DNA of 64,000 nucleotides from a virus (Duplodnaviria; Caudoviricetes), in the IMG/VR virus record IMGVR_UViG_3300045996_000612, positions 779 to 64,778 of that record; one strand, 5' to 3'. Under the pieces are notes generated by a model that saw only the letters and a program-made list of their open reading frames with translations, was not told the origin of the DNA and did no database searches. The translations under genes were made by a program, and so were the position numbers. Below, piece by piece: positions 18,644 through 27,734 of this stretch; position 1 is the first letter of the stretch, and each line of letters opens with the position of its first letter.

Positions 18644-19318
18644 CTAGCCCTCCTTTCCAGTTGGTGCAGCAGGGGCAGCGGCGAGCATGCCGTCCCATGC
18701 CGTATGGGCGTCGGCCTCGACCTCAGCACGTATCCCCAAGTTGTCGATGACTTCATCAACGTCGAGGCCTCCTTTCAGGTCATAGTCCGTCACCCCGCCA
18801 GCAGGACGGCTATCGGCGCACTCGCTGCACTTGAAGGCGCCGATGGCACGGATAGCGTCTTGCACGGTCGGGTAGGCCGCCGTGTCCCAGCAGCCGGGGT
18901 AGTGGATGCCGGCGGCCGTCAGGCTATCGGCGCACTGCTGGCCGTAGGCGCGCATCTGCTCGGCGGTATAAATCCAGCCTTTCTGTATCGGCTTGGGCAA
19001 CGGCGGCAGTTCTCCCGCCGCTACAGGCTGGGCGCGGCTGTCGAGGGCGGCGTCTGCTTTGGCGATTTGCTCGGCCCAGCACTGAACGCTGTAATCCCAT
19101 TCATCGACCGGGCTGTGGCCGCAATCCATTGGGTTGCCGTGCCGCTGCATGTCGTCGCCGCAGCAGCAAACGCCCGATGAAACCGGCGCGCTCTGCATGA
19201 ACGCCAGCAAATCGTCACGCTGCTTCTTGTACTGCGCTGCCCGCTCGGCTTCGACACTCCCAGCCACCTGCTGGTCGGCGGTAGGGTGCGCACCCTTCTT
19301 GTCGTTATTGGTTTCCAT
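18644..19318 (-). CDS. Mosaic hypothetical phage protein
   Basis: AGGAG SD; LPPLP...YTAEQMRAYG module. Confidence 0.65.
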   Translation of the reverse strand: METNNDKKGAHPTADQQVAGSVEAERAAQYKKQRDDLLAFMQSAPVSSGVCCCGDDMQRHGNPMDCGHSPVDEWDYSVQCWAEQIAKADAALDSRAQPVAAGELPPLPKPIQKGWIYTAEQMRAYGQQCADSLTAAGIHYPGCWDTAAYPTVQDAIRAIGAFKCSECADSRPAGGVTDYDLKGGLDVDEVIDNLGIRAEVEADAHTAWDGMLAAAPAAPTGKEG

Positions 19319-19553
19319 ACACTCCTTTCAGTTTGGGAAATTTGCGCCGTACCCGATCAGGGCCAGCACCAGTTCGGTCATGCCCATCATGGCGTAGAGC
19401 GCGAAGATGACAGCGCATGCTTGTGCAGATGGGTTGTCGGCGAATTTGCGAAGGCGGGCGATCATACAGCACCTGTGACGACCAGGCCGATGCCGGCCAG
19501 CACCAGGATGGCGGCCAGGCACAGCGCCGCGGCGATGTTGGTGAGCAGGGTTT

Positions 19554-19751
19554 TCATGCTGCACCTGCAGCGCGCTGCTGCGCCTGCGCCACCAGGTTGA
19601 CGGCTGCCACGATCTGATCGACCACCTCATCGCTTCCCAGCTTAAAGATGGCCACGATGGAATTGTTGGCGTCGAAGATGGCCGGGTGGATCTTCTTGTC
19701 GCCGCCACGCTCCAGCTTGCGCCACGGCGTTGGGTAGTTGGTATTTTGCAT
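19554..19751 (-). CDS. Hypothetical protein
   Basis: GGAGAGG SD; PTPW motif; followed by two small hydrophobic ORFs (about 19328-19557). Confidence 0.6.
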   Translation of the reverse strand: MQNTNYPTPWRKLERGGDKKIHPAIFDANNSIVAIFKLGSDEVVDQIVAAVNLVAQAQQRAAGAA

Positions 19752-19869
19752 TTTCCTCTCCGTTTTTATTTCTTCATCATCGTCTTGATGATGTTGTTAT
19801 TATCTTCGAACGGATTGCGGCTGGCGATTTGATTGTCTCTATCGCCAGCGAGCAACAAATAGGTGCGGA

Positions 19870-20556
19870 CTATCCTTGCTGATCTGGCTCGGGACGCGGC
19901 TTGATGGCCTCGCGCAATCGGGCCAGCATCTCCAGCGCCCTCTCCCGGCTTGTCTCCGTGCCGCCACCATCGTGTTCCAGTAGCGGCGTATTGGCCGCAC
20001 CGAAGGCGATGGCTGCAATTGGGCTTCGGGTCATGTCCGGTGCCGGCAGCAGCGTGGGCAAGCTCGACTCCAGTAGATAGCCTTTGCGCACCGCCTCACG
20101 CAAAGCGGACTCCCGACCATGCGGATCGAGGCCCAAGGAGGCCTCCCAGCGGGGCGCCACGCCATTTTCGCGGGCCTGCTCGACAATCCGGTCGTATGCT
20201 TCGCAGAAAGCCCTCCTGGCCCCGAATTTGTCGCCCATGTCCATCAGTGGCGACGCGACACCCCATGCCTGCTGCATCTCGTTCGTCCACACCACCGTCT
20301 GGCTCTCGTCGCGCGGCAGCATGGCCCAAGCAGTGTCAGCACCAGGCCGCCCGTCGTTCTGGTCGATTTCCTCGATGATCAGCCCCAGTGAGAAGCGCTT
20401 GCCGGACTTGCGCACGCGATTCAGCGCCACCATCACGGCGCGCTCCGGGTATGCGGACAGATCCTGTACCAGCATGTCGGCAGCCGCTTCCGACAGCTTC
20501 GCGCCGCACAGCTCCGCCGTGGCGGCCACAGCCTTGATGAGTTCAATACTTGCCAT
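19870..20556 (-). CDS. Replication partner / helicase-loader-like protein
   Basis: Directly after the initiator; AGGAG SD; RPGAD.AWA...DE..TVVWT motif. Confidence 0.65.
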   Translation of the reverse strand: MASIELIKAVAATAELCGAKLSEAAADMLVQDLSAYPERAVMVALNRVRKSGKRFSLGLIIEEIDQNDGRPGADTAWAMLPRDESQTVVWTNEMQQAWGVASPLMDMGDKFGARRAFCEAYDRIVEQARENGVAPRWEASLGLDPHGRESALREAVRKGYLLESSLPTLLPAPDMTRSPIAAIAFGAANTPLLEHDGGGTETSRERALEMLARLREAIKPRPEPDQQG

Positions 20557-20565
20557 GTTGATCTC

Positions 20566-21459
20566 CTAGTTCGGTCCTGCGTGTTTCTGGGCAATGCGCG
20601 CCCACATGTCCCCGGTATCCTGGAGGCGATCGACTTCCTGCGCCGCGGTGGCGGTCACGCGCCGGCCTGTTGCCCATTCGGTGCGCAGCTTCTCGGCATC
20701 GGCCAGCAAACAGTCGACCGAATGCATTTTCTGGACGTAGTAGCGGTTGTTGTGCCCGACGAAGAAGGCCGCCACATCCGGCGCCTCGGCCGCGCCCAGT
20801 CGAGTCAAGAGATGCGCCAGTTGCCCATTGACCTTCGCGTTGCGCACTGGTTCCGCATGGTAGCGGTTCATGTACGCGTTGGCGTAGGCTGACCAGATTG
20901 CTGTCGTGGGAGCTGGTTCTTTTTCGGTCTTCTGTCGGACAATCGGCAAGCTGGCGGCGGGCGTCGGCGGCGCAGCCCCGTCGCAACCTCCTTCCCCTTC
21001 CTCTTCCCTTCCTTTCCCTTCCTTTCCCTTCCCTTCCCCTTGAGTGAGATTAATACGCGTCCTCGTCGCGTGGTCCACGCGTTGATCTGGTATGTAACTC
21101 ACTGATTCAAAAGAGTTTTCATCTGGCTCAGGCAATCCAGAGCGGCTTTCCTTGTTATTTATGACTTGGTGTCTCCCAAAGCTCGGAATTACCCCGTACT
21201 CCACGCCATCCACCGTGTACTTCCGAATGAAACCACACGATGCCAACGCGTCGAGCACGCGTGAAAAGTCGAGGCTGTCGTGTGGAAGCACGTCGGTCTT
21301 GAGCGTACGTGGGCGCCAGACAAACCGGCCCTCGCGATCGCATACCGTGAACATCCCGATGAATGCGAGGCGTAGCGGCAGGCCGGTGGCCATCTCTAGG
21401 TCGAACAGATCTTCATGCTTGAAGAGATCAGGCTTTACGGTGCGAATGCGGGCCATCAC
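20566..21459 (-). CDS. Phage replication initiator (replisome organiser)
   Basis: MARIRT.KP..F N-terminus, D.EGR, F..HQ.IN, GKG.EG linker. Confidence 0.85.
   Translation of the reverse strand: MMARIRTVKPDLFKHEDLFDLEMATGLPLRLAFIGMFTVCDREGRFVWRPRTLKTDVLPHDSLDFSRVLDALASCGFIRKYTVDGVEYGVIPSFGRHQVINNKESRSGLPEPDENSFESVSYIPDQRVDHATRTRINLTQGEGKGKEGKGREEEGEGGCDGAAPPTPAASLPIVRQKTEKEPAPTTAIWSAYANAYMNRYHAEPVRNAKVNGQLAHLLTRLGAAEAPDVAAFFVGHNNRYYVQKMHSVDCLLADAEKLRTEWATGRRVTATAAQEVDRLQDTGDMWARIAQKHAGPN
20988..21041. repeat. Polypyrimidine CCCTT/CCTT repeats inside the initiator gene (possible origin region)
   Basis: cttccccttcctcttcccttcctttcccttcctttcccttcccttcccctt. Confidence 0.45.
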
Positions 21460-22100
21460 TGCTCCTTGGCGAAGTAAAGCGCGAACTCGTCGCGTGACAT
21501 CGGGCCGGTGTCGTTGCCCTCGTTGCGACGGGTGAACACTGGCCAGCCGTCATCAGGGAAGACGTCGCGGCGCGTACGTACCAGGCCGCGCAGCGCCAGG
21601 TCATAGGCGTCCAGAGCGCAGGCGAACGGCTGCTCGACGATCTCATCGCCGGCGAACCGGGCCACGACATATCCTTCACGCTGCATGTAGCGGTCGCGCG
21701 CGCGGTCCCGGCACGCTTGGTCGCGGGTCTTGTCATGGTAGTTGAAGCCGTCGCACTCGATCACCACGGACGGCAGCGTGAACGCATCGCCCTTTATGTC
21801 GGCGGTCATCACCAGGTCAGCGCGATAGGTGCCGATTGGAACTGCTGCGGCCAGTTCAATATCCAGCAGTCGCTGCTCGCGCATCTGGCGCACCATCGCT
21901 GCAGCACCAGCATCTATCCAGACTAGATGCGCATCGGCCGCCTTGATGGCGCTGAGCATGATCAGCTCCAGCGGTGATTCCAGGCGCTGGGCGATGGCGA
22001 CAACTTCATGCTGCTGCAGCCATGTCATGTTGGCGAACTTGAAGCAGGCGCGCATGAATGCGTTCGCGTCGGTCCAGTTACAGAAATTGATCTCGTTCAT
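21456..22100 (-). CDS. DUF559/Vsr-like endonuclease
   Basis: ESPLE, YRAD, VIECDG..YH, RDR.RDR......V.RF.G.EI. Confidence 0.8.
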   Translation of the reverse strand: MNEINFCNWTDANAFMRACFKFANMTWLQQHEVVAIAQRLESPLELIMLSAIKAADAHLVWIDAGAAAMVRQMREQRLLDIELAAAVPIGTYRADLVMTADIKGDAFTLPSVVIECDGFNYHDKTRDQACRDRARDRYMQREGYVVARFAGDEIVEQPFACALDAYDLALRGLVRTRRDVFPDDGWPVFTRRNEGNDTGPMSRDEFALYFAKEQ

Positions 22101-22117
22101 ATGTTTTCCAGAAATGT

Positions 22118-22177
22118 TTATTGATGTGCCGCGTTGACCGGGCAGGCGCGGATGAATTTGACGATGTAGCGGTTCAT
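22118..22177 (-). pseudogene. Truncated gene remnant (MNRYIVKFIRACPVN...)
   Basis: Coupled ATG and GAGG SD but stops after 19 codons at an AT-rich junction. Confidence 0.4.
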
Positions 22178-22524
22178 GCTATCGCCTCGTCGGCGGCGCG
22201 CGTCGGTGCGGCCAGCGGCTCGGTGATGTCGCTGACTTCGAACACCTGCAGCCCCAAGTCTCTGGCCAGGCGGTGCTCGATCCGGGCTCCACGCGATACC
22301 CACCACTTCGGCAGCATGGCAATCGCATCGCACGTCACCAGCTCGCGGATGTCCCGGCGCATGCAGGCTTTCCAGCTCATGTCGGTGCCGTTGAGCTCAG
22401 CCGGGTTCACGACGTCGTAGCCCAGCGCTCGCAGGCGGGCGGCTTCGGCGTTGAAAAGGGGCGCATTCAAATCCTTGATGCCACTCATGGGGCCGCTGAC
22501 GTACAGGCGTATTTTTCTGGTCAT
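22174..22524 (-). CDS. DUF4406 (nucleoside 2-deoxyribosyltransferase-like) protein
   Basis: YVSGPMSG...N...F......LR..G..VVNPA...CD.I..LP.W..S.GA..E. Confidence 0.85.
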   Translation of the reverse strand: MTRKIRLYVSGPMSGIKDLNAPLFNAEAARLRALGYDVVNPAELNGTDMSWKACMRRDIRELVTCDAIAMLPKWWVSRGARIEHRLARDLGLQVFEVSDITEPLAAPTRAADEAIA

Positions 22525-22566
22525 TTTGTCACTCTTGTGGTTTGGAAATCGAACCAAGCCGGAGAT

Positions 22567-22671
22567 AAAAAAAGGGAAGTGGTCTGCGCACTCACATCAG
22601 GGGCTCGCCCCATCCGAGTTGGCCGGACCAGCCGGGAATACCCAGCCAGCCAGTGCGCAGATCACTTCCCT
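22567..22671. ncRNA. Multibranch structured RNA / terminator
   Basis: 20-bp closing stem 22573-22592/22652-22671 enclosing three hairpins; T7 tail on the minus strand. Confidence 0.5.
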
Positions 22672-22774
22672 ATTTTCGATTGTGTTCTCGCCGGCCAAGG
22701 CAAGGACTCCATTCTACTGCTTTCCTCAGAACATTTGTTCCGCATCAAGCCATTGATTTTCGCTACTGCTACAG

Positions 22775-23479
22775 TCAGGCCGATAGCTTGCGTGACGCCT
22801 TCAGTTCCTTGAGCCTGGCGCGGTATTCGTCACGAATGGCGATCAGGTCTTGAATAGAAAAGTGACGCGGCGTCACGTCAGCTTCCAGCGCCAGCAGTGC
22901 CTCGATGCCTATGCGCTCTTCCATGCCTCGCCGGAACGATGCGCGCGTGGTGCCGCCTGGACGGTTGTGGCCCTTGAGCTGGCGATGCACATTGCGCTCA
23001 TCAAATCTGAGATGAGGGGCATGACCGCGGCTGAGGTAGTGGCCAGCATCCCATTGCCCACCAGTCGCCAGATCCTTGGCGTCGAAATACTTGCCGCAGC
23101 AGATGCAGGGCTTGTCGGCGTCGCGCTCGCGAACCCAGGCGTTAAACGCCTTCTGGGCATCGGCGATGTAATCGGCCTTTCGCTTTGCACGCTCGCGAAC
23201 TTCATGCAGTTGCTTCCTGTCGGCGGCCCGTACTGCCTTTTCCTTGGCCGCCTTCTGCTTCGCCAACCTGTCGAGCGCGATTGCCGTGCCGCAGTCGTCC
23301 GAACACCACACCTTGAACGGCTGGCGCGCATCAGGCACATACGGCTCGCGGCAGGCGCGGTTCGCGCACTTCTTTGGCCGCGGCCCCTTTGCTGGCTTGG
23401 GTTCGGTCTTGATCGACGTGCGTGTCATCGGCTTCCTATTCACCAGCGGGGTCTTCCGTTTTAATGGAGTGGCTTTCAT
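22775..23479 (-). CDS. ninG: NinG/Rap recombination endonuclease
   Basis: WCS..C; AQ.AFN.WVR.RD...PCI.CG; WDAGHY.SRG..P.LRF.E.N.H.Q. Confidence 0.9.
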   Translation of the reverse strand: MKATPLKRKTPLVNRKPMTRTSIKTEPKPAKGPRPKKCANRACREPYVPDARQPFKVWCSDDCGTAIALDRLAKQKAAKEKAVRAADRKQLHEVRERAKRKADYIADAQKAFNAWVRERDADKPCICCGKYFDAKDLATGGQWDAGHYLSRGHAPHLRFDERNVHRQLKGHNRPGGTTRASFRRGMEERIGIEALLALEADVTPRHFSIQDLIAIRDEYRARLKELKASRKLSA

Positions 23480-24090
23480 TCCGCATTCTCATGCAGATGT
23501 TTCCGCGCTCGACCGTGCCGGATATGGCTGATCAGTGAAGCGTCTACGCCAAGCATTTTCGCCAGGTCGCTCGCCCTAGACCCGGACTGAATGATCATCA
23601 AAGCCTGTTCGTCGGTAAGCTTCCCGTGCCCCTTCTTGAATGTGGAGTAGTTCTTATGCCGCCCCTTCTTGAGCATATCGTCGATGTTGTCCTCGCGCGT
23701 CCCAAGGAAAAGATGATCAGGGTTCACGCAGGTCGGGTTGTCGCATCGATGGCAAACAAACATGCCTTCTGGGATGGGGCCAACGTACAAGATGTAGGAG
23801 TGCCGATGAGCCCCCAGCTTCTTCCCATCGTGCTTAGAGAACCCGTAGCCACGCTTGTCTAGTTTCGCAGTCCACAGCCAGCAGCCTGGCGTGACGCGGA
23901 ACTTTCTTTCGAAGTGCCCTCTTGGAGTCGTGCGTGGAAGCGCCACGCCGATATAGAGCGCGCGGCATATTATCGAACTTCTAGTGCGTTGACGTAGAAG
24001 CTCGCAGCACTGGTCGACGCCTGATGTGTTGTAGTGCTCGCGAATGATTGAATCCTCTGCCTCAGTCCAGCGGAACCACGTTTTCTTCAT
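23476..24090 (-). CDS. HNH endonuclease with Myb-like N-terminus
   Basis: WTEAED..I; CWLWT; AHR.SY; VCHRCDNPTCVNPDHLFLGT..DN..D. Confidence 0.88.
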   Translation of the reverse strand: MKKTWFRWTEAEDSIIREHYNTSGVDQCCELLRQRTRSSIICRALYIGVALPRTTPRGHFERKFRVTPGCWLWTAKLDKRGYGFSKHDGKKLGAHRHSYILYVGPIPEGMFVCHRCDNPTCVNPDHLFLGTREDNIDDMLKKGRHKNYSTFKKGHGKLTDEQALMIIQSGSRASDLAKMLGVDASLISHIRHGRARKHLHENAE

Positions 24091-25109
24091 GGCGCCTCCA
24101 GCGTCGGCGCGCGGCCGAACAGGGCATCCATCAGTGGGTCGCGCGGCCTGGCGTGGGCGGCTGGCTCGATCGACACGCTCACCCCGTCGGAGACGCGGAT
24201 GGCGCCGGTGTAGCGCTGCGGCTTGGCAACCGGCGGGCGCTTGGATGGCAGGGTCTGGTCGATCTCGTCCAGGTGCGCCTTTGCCTTTGCTGCGTCCACC
24301 AGCATGAACACCGTCCGCTCCGATGGCGACTCGCGCGGCAGCGCCCTGGCGGCGCCGACGTGGATCAGCTCGCCCATGTATTTCCGCACCGCCGCCGCCG
24401 AGCATTTTAGAAGGTGCTCGATCTCCAGCGCGTCGAGCGGGCCGAGTTCCAGCGTCCGCGCCACCATGCGCATGTTGGCGACACGCTGGACGGTTGCTCT
24501 GGTGACGCGCACCCGGCGCTCGGTGTTGATGGGATTTTTGTTCTCCATGGCTTTCCTTCTGTAGTTATGAGATTGACATCCGCACGACTTCGACTTCCCC
24601 ACCAGCAGCCGAACGCGGCGCACTGGTCGCTCGACGCCGCATTCGCACTTGCACACGCAGTCCCTCGGGTCTTCGGCATCCAGGCGGGCAACCGTCCAGG
24701 CGCCGAAGGTGTCGCCGACCGTGACCGGATTGGTAGTGCGCGCCAGGTCCGCGCGCAGGCACCCGCACGACTTCGAATCTCCACTTTTCAGGTTGCCGCC
24801 CTTGATAAGCTGCACCGTGCCACATTGGCATTTGCACATGTACATGGTCGGCGTACCCTTCTGCGCGGACAGAACAGTCCAGCGGGTGAACACCGTGCCA
24901 ATCGCAATCCTGTTTGGGTAACGGATCTCGCGCGGTTTGGCGCGATGGGCTTCTCGGCGAATGGCTGTGATAAGTGATCCACTGACCGCGTACCGCTCGA
25001 CCAGTGCTTTCGTCTTCTCGGTCGAGGCGCGGATTGCAGCGACATCATCATCGGAAAGCTTGCGCTCCCATACTCCGAAGAAGGAGTTGATTGGCAGGTC
25101 GTTATTCAT
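24087..25109 (-). CDS. Homing-endonuclease-derived Cys repeats fused in frame to a winged-helix protein (internal start at 24548)
   Basis: Two G..F..WTV...CKC.CG...SKSCGC repeats, no nuclease motif; AAGGA SD before MENKNP at 24548. Confidence 0.6.
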   Translation of the reverse strand: MNNDLPINSFFGVWERKLSDDDVAAIRASTEKTKALVERYAVSGSLITAIRREAHRAKPREIRYPNRIAIGTVFTRWTVLSAQKGTPTMYMCKCQCGTVQLIKGGNLKSGDSKSCGCLRADLARTTNPVTVGDTFGAWTVARLDAEDPRDCVCKCECGVERPVRRVRLLVGKSKSCGCQSHNYRRKAMENKNPINTERRVRVTRATVQRVANMRMVARTLELGPLDALEIEHLLKCSAAAVRKYMGELIHVGAARALPRESPSERTVFMLVDAAKAKAHLDEIDQTLPSKRPPVAKPQRYTGAIRVSDGVSVSIEPAAHARPRDPLMDALFGRAPTLEAP

Positions 25110-25450
25110 AGGTGCTTGATCTCTGCTCGTCGGGACGACTCGATCGTCCTGAGCACTTCGATTTTTGTTTGCGCCGCAATCAGCCGCCAGCGCTCGGTCT
25201 CTTCCATCTCCACCGCCGCGCGCAGGCCGTCGAGGATCTGGATGTATTCGGGGTCGGCGTAGGCTTCGCGCTCCTGCGCCGTGACAGCGCTGGTGCCCGA
25301 TGCTTCCGCCGCTTTCATGCACAGCGCCTTCTTGGTCTTGCGAAACTCTTCCAGGTAGATGCGGTCGGCCTTGGCCTTGGCGTAGATCGGCGCGTGATCC
25401 CGGATGTAGTCCAGGCAGCGCAGCATGCTCTGTTCGGCGTCGGCATTCAC
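25106..25450 (-). CDS. Conserved coiled-coil phage protein (UvsY-like)
   Basis: YAKAKA.R.YLEEFRK.KKA and AQEREAYA..EY motifs. Confidence 0.7.
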   Translation of the reverse strand: MNADAEQSMLRCLDYIRDHAPIYAKAKADRIYLEEFRKTKKALCMKAAEASGTSAVTAQEREAYADPEYIQILDGLRAAVEMEETERWRLIAAQTKIEVLRTIESSRRAEIKHL

Positions 25451-25586
25451 AGCATCCGCCCGTTCAGAAGTCGGTCGTGGTGCACGATCCCCTCGGCTTG
25501 GCAGAGCAGGCGCTGGTGCGGAAACTTCTCACCCATCCGGTAGAAGTCGGCCAGCGTGTTGAGGGCGATCATGACGATGCGCAGGT

Positions 25587-25958
25587 TCATGGACTGGCCC
25601 TCCCGATCTCGGCAGCAGCGCGCACGATGGCGCGGCGAGTGGCAGCGGCAAGGTCTTCACCATCAACCTCGGCTGCGCCCTGCTGGTTCTTGCTGGCCGC
25701 CAACTCGTAGTTGATCGCGGTGACAGCGTTGCCTATGCGGTCGGAATGGAACTCGATGTCCAGGCGCAACTTCACCGCCAGCCGCAGCGCGTCCCCGTCG
25801 TCGGTCAGCGGGTTCCAGACGCCATGACCCATCGCCTCAATCCCGGTTGCCAGATCAAAACCACACTCGGTCACGTTGATCCACGCGTCGACGACGTACT
25901 TGCCCGATATGCCAGCAGCTTTCGCCGCCAGCTCCAGCAGTTCACGGTCGCCGCTCAT
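25587..25958 (-). CDS. Conserved phage protein
   Basis: DRELLELAAKAAG, WNPL.DDGDALRLAV.L and TRRAIVRAAAEIG motifs. Confidence 0.8.
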   Translation of the reverse strand: MSGDRELLELAAKAAGISGKYVVDAWINVTECGFDLATGIEAMGHGVWNPLTDDGDALRLAVKLRLDIEFHSDRIGNAVTAINYELAASKNQQGAAEVDGEDLAAATRRAIVRAAAEIGRASP

Positions 25959-26272
25959 GGCTGCACCTCACTCAGTGCTTCAACCATCTTCTGCGCGTAG
26001 TAGCGGCGCCACTGGAAGTACGCGATCTCAGCGATTGCTGCTTGATGGATCAGCCGCGCGGCAGGCAGATCGTATCTCCAGTACTGCGCCACATCGGACA
26101 GTTCCGCTGGCACTTGGTTGCGAGCCGCCTTGAAAAACGCATGCGCGCGCTCTTGGTCGAACTTTTCAGTGATGCTTATCGGTTCTGGCGGCAAGTCACC
26201 GCTCGGTTTGAACCACTCTGGTACTGCCGGCGCGTTGTTGGCGAAGTAGTCGAGGCGGGATTCGGCGCTCAT
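25955..26272 (-). CDS. Hypothetical phage protein
   Basis: LDYFA..AP...QWR.YYA..M motif; coupled ends. Confidence 0.7.
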   Translation of the reverse strand: MSAESRLDYFANNAPAVPEWFKPSGDLPPEPISITEKFDQERAHAFFKAARNQVPAELSDVAQYWRYDLPAARLIHQAAIAEIAYFQWRRYYAQKMVEALSEVQP

Positions 26273-26502
26273 GCGCGCCCCGCACGTTTCTGCTGGCGCT
26301 GGCGCAGCTCATGGTCTTCCCTGCAATCGATCGAGCAGTACCGGGAGCGCTCGCGCGGCTTTTCCCCACAGTCGTTCAGGCAGAACTCTGGCATCGGCGC
26401 CGGTTCCACATTGGCCGCCCGGCGCGCCGCCGCAATCTGGCGCTCGGTGAATTCTTCGGTGACGCGGCTGGCCACGTCCAAGGTGTCGCTTTTATCGCTC
26501 AT
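26269..26502 (-). CDS. TraR/DksA-like C4 zinc-finger protein
   Basis: D.LD.A N-terminal helix; CLNDCG...YCS.DC. Confidence 0.65.
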   Translation of the reverse strand: MSDKSDTLDVASRVTEEFTERQIAAARRAANVEPAPMPEFCLNDCGEKPRERSRYCSIDCREDHELRQRQQKRAGRA

Positions 26503-26530
26503 GGCGATTTTCCCTATTTCTTTGTGTAAT

Positions 26531-26558
26531 AATAAAAAGCCCGGTCAGTTGGCCGGGG
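26531..26558 (-). terminator. tR1-like terminator after the cro-like gene
   Basis: CCCGGCCAACTGACCGGG-CTTTTTATT on the minus strand. Confidence 0.6.
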
Positions 26559-26859
26559 TCGAGAGCTGCGCCAGCGCCTGTTTGTTGAGCTGGTCTTTCT
26601 GGCGGGCCGGGGCGCTCTGGCGCATCACTTCCGCTGCACCTTTGTCGGTCGAGACATCGAATTCGATGCCGGCCACGTAGCGCAGGAAGATCACCGTGCG
26701 CGCGGCTTTGGGGATCTCGGTGGTGCCCGCTTCGTACTTGCAGCCGCCGGACTGGGTGAAGCCCACGCGCTCCCAGAACGTGCGTTGCGATTCGCCGGCA
26801 GCGGTGCGCAGGTGGCGCGCCACTTCTCCTGTAATTTTCGTTTCGTTGCTGATTTCCAT
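26545..26859 (-). CDS. Cro-like XRE HTH regulator
   Basis: LR...G.SQ..FW..VG.TQSGG.KYE.G; divergent from cI. Confidence 0.8.
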   Translation of the reverse strand: MEISNETKITGEVARHLRTAAGESQRTFWERVGFTQSGGCKYEAGTTEIPKAARTVIFLRYVAGIEFDVSTDKGAAEVMRQSAPARQKDQLNKQALAQLSTPAN

Positions 26860-26994
26860 GTTCGCCCTTGATCGATTCGTGCGGTTTGAAATTAGAACCA
26901 ATGGTAAGATAATTTCGGAATCATAGCAAGTATGATGGTTGCATTTTACCGTCACTGGTGCGAATGTGGGACGAATGTAATAAAGGACATAGGA
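26860..26994. promoter_or_regulatory. Divergent cro/cI control region
   Basis: AT-rich; TTGAAA-16-GATAAT; operator palindrome at 26882-26900. Confidence 0.65.
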
Positions 26995-27585
26995 ATGACT
27001 GAACTGAATAGGCGGTACTTCGATGGGCTGATGGCCGACCGGCAGATGTCGCTGCGCGCGCTGGCCAAGGAAATGGGGATGGGGCACTCGCAGCTTAGCC
27101 TGGCCTTCTCCGGCGCACGCAAACTTCAGGCCGACGAGATCGCCAAGATCAGCAACATCTTCGGAGAACCTGTCCATCGGGTGCTGGAGAACGCCGGCAT
27201 TTCGGTGCGGCCGATGAGCGGGCGGCGCGTGGCGGTGATCGGCGCCGGGCGCGGCGACGGCACGGTCGAAATCTACGGCACCGACGTCATCGAGCGCACC
27301 AGTGCGCCGGACGATTTGCCCGACAACGTGCAGGCTGTGCAGCACCGCACCGCCGGCACGCCGATGGAATGGGTGGACGGCGCGGTGACGTTCTTCCGCG
27401 AGCCGCGCGGCGTCGATCCGGCGGCGCTCGGGCGCCTGTCGCTGTGCAAGGTCAAAGGCGGACCGGCGGTAATCACCGGTGTGCGGCGTGGCTACAAGGA
27501 TGGCACCTACAACCTGTTCGGCCCGTACAACGCTGAGAGCGTCACGCTGGAATACGCCACCCCGATCCTGGTGACGCGCCACTAG
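26995..27585 (+). CDS. CI-like repressor
   Basis: N-terminal HTH (MSLRALAKEMGMGHSQLSLAFSG.RKL) plus S24-like beta C-terminal domain without an obvious catalytic Ser. Confidence 0.75.
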   Translation: MTELNRRYFDGLMADRQMSLRALAKEMGMGHSQLSLAFSGARKLQADEIAKISNIFGEPVHRVLENAGISVRPMSGRRVAVIGAGRGDGTVEIYGTDVIERTSAPDDLPDNVQAVQHRTAGTPMEWVDGAVTFFREPRGVDPAALGRLSLCKVKGGPAVITGVRRGYKDGTYNLFGPYNAESVTLEYATPILVTRH

Positions 27586-27654
27586 CTGCGCGCCGCACGC
27601 TATAATCCCAATGTCGTTCGCAGCCGTCGCCAAATAACCACGACTATCCAAATC

Positions 27655-27693
27655 TGTTTGCATTTCCGCACCGTTGGTCTATAATTAGAACCA
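27655..27693 (+). promoter_or_regulatory. Early (PL-like) promoter with operator
   Basis: TTGCAT-16-TATAAT; TGGT-N11-ACCA at 27675-27693. Confidence 0.7.
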
Positions 27694-27734
27694 GTGCAGC
27701 ACTTCATAGCTGCGCGTCACCAACGGAGAGCACC

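Noticed and set aside
26545-27663. 372-aa minus-strand ORF
   Set aside because: Only the last 104 aa (Cro-like) are credible; the rest is antisense to cI
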